The notes beneath the pieces are model-generated. The model did not search any database. It was not told where the DNA came from and saw nothing but the letters and a program-made list of their open reading frames with translations. Both the position numbers and the translations under genes were made by a program. A stretch of 63,141 nt of DNA, filler included, from Choristocarpus tenellus KU-1152 (taxonomy: Eukaryota; Protista; Phaeophyceae): the NCBI GenBank assembly GCA_964200185.2. It is 9 parts of 9 records of this genome, joined end to end, with 100 filler letters (N's around TTAATTAATTAA, not from the genome) between each part and the next. Parts side by side here need not be neighbours in the genome. Positions count along the whole stretch, not along the records: positions 49,694 to 56,225 come from CAXNAD020007924.1; positions 56,326 to 59,696 come from CAXNAD020020474.1; positions 59,797 to 63,141 come from CAXNAD020020669.1; 6 more parts are not named here. One strand, written 5' to 3'. Below, in pieces: positions 51,131-60,837 of the stretch; the stretch's first letter is position 1, and each line of letters starts with the position of its first letter.

Positions 51131-52060
51131 GAGATATTTTTGCATGAGAGAATAGATAGGGAATTGAGGTGTAGAGGACACACTCATTTTCTGAAGCAAG
51201 AATGATAGTGTGACAAGGAGAAGAACCGTGGTGGACATGGTTGAAGGCACGCAAAGCTGCCATGATCTTAAGCAGGGTCATGTCAACAGTGTAGCAGCGA
51301 AAATATTCCATCATCTTCGCTTCCTGCATAACTAAGAAAGATGCCTTGACCTGGAGATTTGTCCTTATGTTCTCGAAGCATCAGATCAAGAACTCACATG
51401 ATCCCTGATCGATTGAGATTGAAAGAACTTCTCTTTTTCTTTCGCCGCATGGTATAATGGTTCCCCACCACACCAAGAATGACGACAATTGAAGCAGCTA
51501 GTCTTAACAGCTTTGCACTTCGAGAGAGGGGCATGATGTTGCCAAACTTGGTCTTGATAAGGACGACCACGCAACATGCCTATCGTTCAATTTGAGGTAA
51601 ATATATTTGAATGATCCCTAACTCTACTATTTTTCAAATTCGCCAACTTTACACTTTCTATCTCATCTCTCAGTTCATCAACTAGGAAGTAGTTCGTACA
51701 TGATCGAGTTCGGAGCAGTTGCTCGCCGAGCCAGCAATTATGAAGGCTACAGAGGACCTGTTCTTAGTGGGTACTCTGTTAGGGCAGGCGATTTGCTTCG
51801 TTCAAAAGATAGCGAAGGCAAGAGTGGACGTCACGACATGTGAGGAACATGGTGGCATGTCAAATCGCTGTACTATATCGAGTTCCTGATCTGGCCCGTG
51901 CACTCGAGTTTTCTCTTGTTCGCAAATAAAAACTAGGCGTTCGTTTGTTATGTCGCTTGCCGTCTTCTACAGCTTACCTATCAGCCGATCTCTTACCACA
52001 CGGTGCATCCTGTCTTGTGCTTCCTCACCATTCCCCTTCTTTCTTGCAAGAAATTCGCAG

Positions 52061-54201
52061 CTGTCGATCCTGCGTGTCTCTGCTGCGACGGCTGTGGACC
52101 GTGTAAGCCAATCCATGCGCTTGGAAGATTCCTTAGACCAGACTGTCTTATCTGCCAAAGAGCTGTCTGCCTCTGTAGTTGCAATGGTCTGTGGCACACT
52201 TTCATCCTCCCACCATCAACGTAGTGGCACTCCAGTGCCAATGATGGTAAACAGGGGGCAGAAGGAGTATAATTTCAAAAACCTTGACGAATACCTCATT
52301 AAAGTCCGCGGCGAGCTTGATCGGCGAGGAATCTCGTCTAAGATGTTTCAGGCGCAGCTACTCCTTGATTTGCAGGCAGAGGCGCATCGCTTTCAGGGAG
52401 CACCCTCTACTAGGGAGCCTTTGTCGAAAGAAGTGAGGACTAAAGAGAGAGGAGGGGTATGTCCTGGGGCTGAAGAGAGCTACACCTATTGTAGAGAAGC
52501 ACCCTCCCTCCTGGGAATAGTCTGGCGGCTTCACGAGTCAGGCCTGTTGCCCATGTCACGCCTGCTTGAAGCGGAAGAGGCATTGCCCCCGCCGAACCTG
52601 AGGACTCCAGAGGATCTCCTTGGAAATTTCTCAGACACCCTTGTGGACGAGATGAAGAGATTGACTTTACCTCCTCCTTGGGATGGCTCAAGACAAGTAA
52701 CACGCGCACACACACATCCCTTTGCGGAATCGGTCCCACTAGCAGACGGTTCTGGAGGGGCGAGGGTGGGGCAGTCTTCGAATGACCGCAAGTTATTCAC
52801 CAACATAGCTAAATATCTCTTCGATCTGGGCTACGGATATTGCCACGTGACTGGAGCTCCCCTTGCGCTGGGAAGGGATGGGAGATCCCATCCCTGGGGG
52901 AGTCGCAACATCAGTGCGACGGAATCAGCGGGTGGGGCAGGTCTTTCAAGAGAGGGGATGGGCGAGGGTGGACAGGAAGTGTTGGCATCAATAGCGGCAA
53001 GGGGTGTGCTTGATAGACTATGCTGTGGTGGGGACCTCTTCAGGTAAAAAACGTTGTTTTGACTGAAATAAGGAGTAGGGTTATTTCTGATGCATAGGCT
53101 TACGCTGTTGATAGTATATTGTAGTATTTGATTCTGATATAGGTTAGGATCAGGGTGAAGTTCAATGAATTTCAACGCATGGAATGGAAGGTGTGCATTT
53201 ACTTTTTCTTCTTTCCTGCTAACCAAATATTGGTATGGATTATATGGGGAGGGTACGGGCATAGTGACTACTGTTGATCGTTGGTTTGCTGTGGGATGTG
53301 TGGGGCATTCAGATCAATGGGAGCAACGCAATTGATTGCAAAATGGAGGGGGGGAAACATTGTGACAGGGTGAACCATCCTGTTGGCCCAATCTTACAGT
53401 TCTGATAAGAGTATTCTGTTGATGTGCCATTATGTATGCATGTATTTCTTTTCTATGCAGTGCTTCCAACCCTATCGATTTCGGATTGACTCGAATGCTG
53501 AGGGAACAGATGTAGCAGGAGACACCTATCTTTCTGCTTACAGGGCTGTATATACAATTTATACAAAAGCAGACGACACTGGCGTTTTGAGTGACCCCTC
53601 AAGATCGAGTTGCTAGCTCTTGAAATCTGACAATGGATTTATGTGTTGAAAATCAAACCATTTTTCTTTTCTTTCAAACTGGTATAAAAGTGTTCATTAT
53701 ATGGTCCAGGGGAACTTGTTTGTAGCGAATTGGGTGTATTGGCACTATTTGGACGTACTTCATGTCTCTGCAAGGTCTGCAGTACCGATAGACTCAGGTT
53801 TATGGTCAGGGTTGAGCGAGACGGGGGCTACAAGTCAGGGAGAGGCTGTGTGTGCTGCAATGGTGGCCTGTGAAATTGGTTGAATGTACGCAGACCTGAA
53901 TTATGACTTGTAGAGTGTTGATTAGTGAGGACTATGTGTGTCATAGTGTTGAATCGCTGTTGGGGAGAAGATTACCCTTTGAGGGGATTTGCAGTGATTT
54001 TTTTTTTAAAGGTGCCAGCTGCGGTTGGATTTCACTGTAGTTGTGGTACATGGTTGATCATTCTATAGCCTCCAGTAGGCGTTCATATGTACTCAAATGG
54101 GTGTGTTGAAAATCAGTATTGATGGTAACATACACATACACACACATATATTACATACATGTATTGGGGTTTGTTGCAGAATGTGTAGGCGAAGGAGATA
54201 T

Positions 54202-54244
<43 letters not shown>

Positions 54245-54775
54245 AAAAAAGGGAAAATAATATCTTCATCACAGAGTGATCACCTCAGCGAGGTGTGTGT
54301 TGGTGTACTGAATTGATGCGTTCGCCCCACAGCACCATCAAGGGCCCAGAATTAGCTGAGCAGATGAGCAGGACCAGCGAAAGGAAATGGGTCAAAGTAT
54401 CTTGGGGGAGGGGTCGGTGTCCGTTTTTCACCCTTTTTTCGATTTTCACTTTTTTGGTATGATTTGGTCGCACGTGTCGGATTTGAAATGTCAGCAAAAA
54501 AAAGAGTTGTTTGACTGAAACGGACGCCCCCTGACACACACACACACACACCCTAGATACTTTGACCCAATCAGTAGGCTTAGTAAACATCTACCCCTTG
54601 GTCTATCCAACACACACACACACACAAACACACTCGTGCATCGATTTCAGCACCATCGCAAACGCCATCCATCCCCTTGCAGAAATCAACACTCTTGATT
54701 GAGTGCTGTACTGCTTCTTGTGTGCCACAGTGAGTACCTTTCACCCCATCTCCAATTGTGGTTCTACCCCCCCCG

Positions 54776-54808
<33 letters not shown>

Positions 54809-55491
54809 ACCCCCCGCCATCAGTGCTTCATGTAACGGGAGCAGCACAGTGAGCGATGGAGATCAGAGCTCCATGGTTGCTCGGACTGTCTGCCTAGCCT
54901 TGCTCGAGGCTGTTGACCCCATCCGTCATAGCTCAATGGGTGAGGACCACCCGCAAGATGATGCCCTTGCTTGCAGCAACGACAATGGTGTCAACATGAC
55001 AACCAAAGGTATACCTCCTTCCTCTGCATCCAATGCTGGAAGAGTATCAATAGATGAGAACACGCCTTCCTCCTCTTCTTTGTACTCCTCCTCAGCGGCG
55101 AACAGCACCCCGGCAGCCTCCACAGTCGAAACAAATCAGGATGCGGTTCAGGTTGTGGTTCCAGTTTCAGGGGGCGATGGCGGCAGTCTCCAAGGTGCTC
55201 CTGGGAATACTGCAAGTGCGAAAGCAGGAGGGGCGACAGAGGTAGCTGGGGGAGGAGGGGATAAGAGAGCTGCTAAACAGGGCGTTGTTGGAGGAAATTC
55301 AGGCGTTTGGGTTTGTCCCAGTGGAAGGAGAAGCTTGGGGGGTGAGGAGCTGCCAGACAGGGCGATGCAGGCGTTCTTAGCTCGGCAGTTACGAATTTTG
55401 TTTGAGAGCAGGGGCGGGGGGGCATCGGGTACCATGGCTGATGGGGGGGGAGGAGGATGGAGTTTGAGTACAAGTCATGACTCTTTTAGAG
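52061..55491 (+). CDS. FANCA: FANCA-like protein (Fanconi anaemia group A homologue), N-terminal exons
   Basis: Exons 52061-53043 and 54824-55491 join in phase 2; a short first exon possibly spans 51740-51766. Colinear blocks versus remembered human FANCA: LSASVVAMVCGTL~[35 protein letters not shown]~[37 protein letters not shown]~[34 protein letters not shown]~LKRFFSHTLTQIL..WSFARTH. The CDS itself is high confidence; the identity is moderate. Confidence 0.7.
54205..54240. repeat. (GA)n microsatellite
   Basis: Seen directly, within an intron. Confidence 0.95.
54389..54568. mobile_element. MITE family C (~180 bp), full copy in FANCA-like intron
   Basis: aat|GGGTCAAAGTATCTTGGGG...CCCTAGATACTTTGACCC|aat. 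Internal sequence differs from families A and B. Confidence 0.85.
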
Positions 55492-55781
55492 GTGAGGTTT
55501 GTGTTTTATGTTGCTGCTTCACTGTAATGGAATGAAGCAATGAATGGAGGGCCTTCTGGCAGTGCTGTAGTTAGTTGGCTTGGCATTGTGCGTTTCAAGT
55601 GCTCTAAAGGCGGTGTCGAAATGATGTGGACAGTGGATGAGGGGAAGAGCGTGGGTCGGTTTTGGTTTAGATTTTATGCAAAGTGTATGTTTACCTGCAG
55701 ACGGGTTAGGGCGTCTCATACTGTCCGGTTTTCAGCGTGGCATGTCATTCTGGTCGCTCTACAGTAGGTCAAACCAGAGAT

Positions 55782-55878
55782 TTGATGTGATGCAATGCGA
55801 TGCAATGCGATGTGATGTGATGCAATGTGATGCGATGCGATGTGATGTGATGTGATGTGATGTGATGCAATGTAATGT
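55782..55878. repeat. Pentanucleotide microsatellite (TGTGA/TGCGA/TGCAA)n
   Basis: tgatgtgatgcaatgcgatgcaatgcgatgtgatgtg... seen directly. Confidence 0.9.
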
Positions 55879-56991
55879 GCACCGTGAATACGGAAGTGAG
55901 AGCTGAGGTAACACCCTAACTCTCTCTATATATATATATCATACCATTTAAGAAGTACACTGGATGCAATGATACCGTTAAGTATTTCTTGTCCAGGTGG
56001 AGAGAGGTGGTCTTATGCGGGGGGGATAAAAAGAAAAAAAAGAAAAAGAAAAGTGCTCTCTTGATTTTTTTCATGTATTGATAGTGTTTCTTTTTATTAT
56101 TTTATTTTATTTTATTTTTTGAGTGTGGTGCGTTCCGGTATGTGTTTGTTTTGCTTCCTCCCTGTGATTTTGATGTCTTGTGTGTAATGAACTGCGGGGA
56201 GGGCTATGACTCAAAGTATTGGGGGNNNNNNNNNNNNNNNNNNNNNNNNNNNNNNNNNNNNNNNNNNNNTTAATTAATTAANNNNNNNNNNNNNNNNNNN
56301 NNNNNNNNNNNNNNNNNNNNNNNNNGAAGATCCACTTTGTTCTCACGTCTTGACTTGTAGTGACGAAGCCCCATCTCTGAAGATGCTCATCACTCCTCAA
56401 TTTGCACTTGTCCAACCATAACCTTGAACCCTCGGATACGATTCGTCTTTGGTCGTCTGGTCCGTCTTGCCAGGTGATTCTCTTCGCCACCTTTGCCTGA
56501 GTGAACCACACCGCCACAAAATAACACGATTTACAATAGCCAGTATATATAAATATATGTACGCATCTTCATCCTCTTCCGCCCTTTGCGGTAGGTCGGA
56601 TATATGACACATGGAGGTATATATTATTAATAATAACCATTCGCAGTATTCTCTTTTATATCTTCCTACCCAGTACATTCTGTTTTAGGTCAGAAGGTTA
56701 TCTAAAAAATAGTGTGGGGTGATGAAGAAGATAGGGTTAGGTATTGAAAAGAAAATGCAGGTAGGATAACTGGATGAGATCGGATATAGGACACGGGAGA
56801 TACTAGTTATGAATAGTAGCCGTTTCCATGGTATTTTTTCCCTCACTGAAGAAGATGATGCATGCTTTTACCCCTGTATTACCTTGATGGAATTGTACAA
56901 AATTTCAAGGTACAACTAGCTAGTCCTTGCCCATGTCCTTTCATGTTGAAGGACTTGACTGGACGAGGTCATATCCGACACATCGAAATTG

Positions 56992-57240
56992 CAGCCAAAG
57001 TATCTTAGAGGGTAGAGCCGCGTCCATTTGGGGGTCAAAATACAATGCTGCGATTTTGATGAAATTTTGGCTATCGTGTTTGTTACGAAGTGTCAATATC
57101 TATGTTTCAGACACACCTTTCATAACGTATACATTTTACCTACTCCGAAACATTTTGGAGTCATAAAACACCCATGGGAAGTCAAGCCCCACAAATGGAC
57201 AAACAGGATAAAATTCGTACCCTCTAAGATAATTTCACTC
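56992..57240. mobile_element. MITE family A, full copy
   Basis: CAGCCAAAGTATCTTAGAGGGTAG...TACCCTCTAAGATAATTTCACTC, flanks attg/attt. Confidence 0.88.
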
Positions 57241-58790
57241 ATTTTGAACTTTCCGTTCTCCAGGTATGTATTATTTTCTCACCCCTGATCAAGGTGAAGT
57301 GGCACAGATTTGGTTTTCACCAAATCTTAGTTAAAAATACTAAGTTGTGAGGAGCCCTTACTGAAAAAAAACATATCTGCATTATTATACCATGCAGACA
57401 TTTTTGTACAACTGTCATGCCTAACAGTATTCCCTTGTTTAGAGACTACTGCTTTTCTTTCGATGCTCATGTCAGCTTCTTCCTATACACATACTTCTTC
57501 CATTTCTCATTGACACCCGTGTTGTCCCGACTTGCGCATCCGGTCACAAAGGGGGGGGGGGTGATAGCCACCTTCCTGCCAAGGTATACCAATAAAGAGC
57601 CCTTCCTTTAGAAAATATTCTTGAAGGTCTGTTTCCTCGTATGGCATCAGCATTTGTTTCCCGATAATGTCAATATCTGGTTGTTTGAGTGGACCTTACA
57701 AGGGAGGGTGGCTTCTTCAGGTCGTAACTTGAAACATTTTATATCCTACTGGTTTACTTCATCACTCTTGAACTTACACTCAACTTTCCTAGGTTGGGAC
57801 AGTGACGAATGGTTCTCAATGTACTTGCTCAAATTGGTAGCAAGGTGTATGATCAGTGAGTGTATGGTCCTCGTAGCTGAATGGTTAATCGTTATTATTA
57901 GTCGCTATACCGCAAAAACATAGGACACCCAAAACAAATGGCATAGGTTCATAAGAACGACGCCATGCAGTGTGCAGCCAAGATTTATGGGAGGACCTGT
58001 AGCAACAAGCAATGGGATGAACCCAATGCGCTAGAAGCAAGGCAACAATGGAGGCAGTGCAATCACTTGTGGTGCAAACGTTAGTAACAGTAGTAGACAC
58101 TATGAAAAGTAGTGCAGTCTGTAGTACCTCTTACCACTGGTCAGGATATTCCCCAGGTTTAGGTGACGAATTTGTAGTGTAAACGTAACTGTGAGCTCCA
58201 TTTGGGAAGCATAAAGCACAAGGCGTCAAGAAAAAACATGAAAGAAACAAAAAATGGCCTTACGGTGGACAAATATATAATGTTTCAGCCATTATCAGTC
58301 ATTGTGTCATTTGCAATGACAAGGATAGTCTGGAATTGGGAGTCCCACACCTGTCCCACGCACAATGACTAATGTGCAAGATGTTCATCTAAACTATTAT
58401 AGTAGGTGAGCATCCATCCACTGATGGAGACGAACGTAGAAAATGAATGTTGCGTCCACTTATATATTCTTTAAATCGCACTTTTGTGACAGGAAGTCTT
58501 CGTCTCGTGTTCTGGGTTCTTGAGATCAGTCTTAGCCCCACCAGAAGGATCACCAAGTAAAAGCAAGGCAACGAACGAGCCGAACGATAATGACAACAAC
58601 AGCAATAAATTTAGATCGCCTCTGTGCCATAAGTCTGTGCCACGTTATTCATAACTCTTGAAGATGATGAAATTCATTTCTGAAAGAAGATCTGGAATCT
58701 TGACGAATTTCTGGTTAGGGTCAGCTCTTATTATTATTATTACTCCCCATCCACAATTTGATCAGTTACAGAAAAAGCCTCCATGTCTAC

Positions 58791-58944
58791 GAGTTTTGCC
58801 CTGTTTGTCCATTTTTGAGCTTGGCTTCCCATGGGTTGCTTTATGACATCTTCCTGCTCCAAAATGTCATAAAAATCCCGAGAGAAGCCAAGCCCCAAAT
58901 GGACAAACATGGCAAAACTCATATCCTCTAAGATACTTTCACTC
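58791..58944. mobile_element. Fold-back derivative of MITE family A
   Basis: 58791-58849 and 58864-58920 are inverted copies of the same family A arm. One TIR is retained (CCTCTAAGATACTTTCACTC). Confidence 0.75.
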
Positions 58945-59069
58945 TTTGGCTCTTCGGCGTGTTTTCAAGCTCACCAGACAACTACCTCTTCCTTACCCCT
59001 GTGTGCTCCACACTGAAGTCATTCCCCCATTTGTATATAAGTACTTGATTGTACACTACAACAAGGAGC

Positions 59070-59281
59070 TGTTCGTAAATAGTGCTGCTGATACACGTAG
59101 ACACCACCGGTGGATTAGATAATAGGATGGAGAGCCAGTAACATATATATTATATGTACTGACTCACAGTATTGATTGGTATTAGATCATGTTCAAGATA
59201 CACTTCCTATACTTAAGATAAGTAAATATGTAATTCATAGTAGATTAGTGAGGACGCTTTCAAACCCCACACTGTAGAATA
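59070..59281 (+). mobile_element. Putative solo LTR, same family as 12509-12721
   Basis: TGTTCGTAAATAGTGCTGCTGATACAC...CAAACCCCACACTGTAGAATA aligns end to end with 12509-12721. Confidence 0.55.
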
Positions 59282-59439
59282 ATAATATGGTAGTTTAGGC
59301 TAGTCTCACCCACGAGCTCAGTCAGCGGAATCGAGACCACAAAGACCACAAGGCCCTTTTAATACTAACATTGTTCATCTACATCAAGCTGTTCTTTGTC
59401 CTTCATTAAAGCACCATAAAAGCCGCGGGTCCAGTGTGG

Positions 59440-59696
59440 GATAATTCAACAGGAGCTGCCAAGCCCTCTCAAGTGTGGTTGCACCTTACTCCTCATACTG
59501 TTTCTTAGTGACCTTCACAATCTCCTCAATTGACCCAAACCGCTCCTCCATCACCCACCATTTCAAAGACCTGAAGAAGCACAGGCCCATGATATTGAGG
59601 TTGGGGGAGTTAGATAGCTGCGTCACAAGCGTAATCGACCACCCCTCAATCTTCCCTGCCCCTGACAAGATTTCTGAGTTGCCCTTGCCTGTGGGG
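59440..59696 (-). pseudogene. mariner (DD39D-type) transposase C-terminal fragment
   Basis: EGWSITLVTQLSNSPNLNIMGLCFFRSLK..SIEEIVKV matches the consensus GW.I.L..QPPNSPDLNILDLGFF.SL...IEELV. The catalytic region is mutated and there is a premature stop. Confidence 0.75.
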
Positions 59697-59796
59697 NNNN
59701 NNNNNNNNNNNNNNNNNNNNNNNNNNNNNNNNNNNNNNNNTTAATTAATTAANNNNNNNNNNNNNNNNNNNNNNNNNNNNNNNNNNNNNNNNNNNN

Positions 59797-59828
<32 letters not shown>

Positions 59829-60708
59829 GTACCGTTTGCTCTACTCTGTGTTCATGGTGTGCTTGAGTGTATTGCCGCTGTCGTTGAGAGTATCCATTGT
59901 GATTGTGATGACCCTGTTCTATACCTGATACTTGTTGCTGATTGTGGCGGAGACTTGTCTCTGTGGTCTCTTCTTTCTGGAAATGCTTTGCTGCTTTAAG
60001 TTGCGTTGTGTCTTACTTCCTTTACTTTGTTCATTTGAAGCCCCTTTGCAATAATTCTCATGTGTAGGATAGTTTGTTTTTTTTAAGTTCATGCTATGTA
60101 TTAAGTAGTACTTCTTGAAGTGATGAAAGGGCATGACCACAGTATCGGTGCATAACTTGCTGTAGAGTGTATGTATGTGTGTGTGTGTGTGTGTGTTTTT
60201 ATGTATTCTTACATCTTTCTACCTCCCTCATAGATAGTTTCCATTTTAGAATTGATAACATGATTTTCAAACAAGAATTCATTGAGGGATTTGATTTGAT
60301 AAATATAATAATAATATGTTTTCCCGAGTTGCTGAGAAAAGCAGCACTTTATTTCATTAGTATAGGATTTAATTTAAAGAAAACTATCCAGCACTATTCC
60401 TCGTGTGGGGAAGCATTTGTAAGTGGGGATAATTGCTACCCAAGGAAATTATATTATGTTTCCACTTGACCAGCCCAACCGATCAAACCCAAGACAAGTG
60501 GTTAATAACAAATGGTGCTGTTTGTGTAATGCATGCAGGTTTGCAGACTTCCGGACCACATGATACTAGGGGGAGGGGAAACCTTCCTGAGGTAGAGAAT
60601 AGGCTAATGCCCTTGGTGTTCATAAGCTCCGCCCTTTTTTTCTCCAACCTGTACCACCTCCCCTCCCCCTCCCCCTGGTGGGGATTTGTGCATGATTGAA
60701 AATAGCAG

Positions 60709-60837
60709 GTCCACATCCAGCTAAAGCACCTCTTTGAGGTAGACGCAGGCTTTGTAAAGCGCAACATCGAAGATCTCATCAACAAGGACTACCTCCATCG
60801 TCTAGAGGGAAGAGAGGGGTATACCTATGTTGCGTAA
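60709..60837 (+). CDS. Cullin family protein, last exon (C-terminal winged-helix/neddylation domain)
   Basis: tagcag|VHIQLKHLFEVDAGFVKRNIEDLINKDYLHRLEGREGYTYVA* matches the cullin C-terminal consensus V..QL...F......IKKRIE.LI..EYL.R......Y.YLA*. Confidence 0.85.
   Translation, partial: VHIQLKHLFEVDAGFVKRNIEDLINKDYLHRLEGREGYTYVA

Noticed and set aside
56326-56497. Possible minus-strand exon (AKVAKRITWQDGPDDQRR...)
   Set aside because: Truncated by the contig end, no recognisable homology and a weak acceptor.
7713-59796. Eight regularly recurring TTAATTAATTAA palindromes flanked by N runs
   Set aside because: Artificial contig-joining linkers with six-frame stops. They are not biological, and neighbourhoods across them are meaningless.
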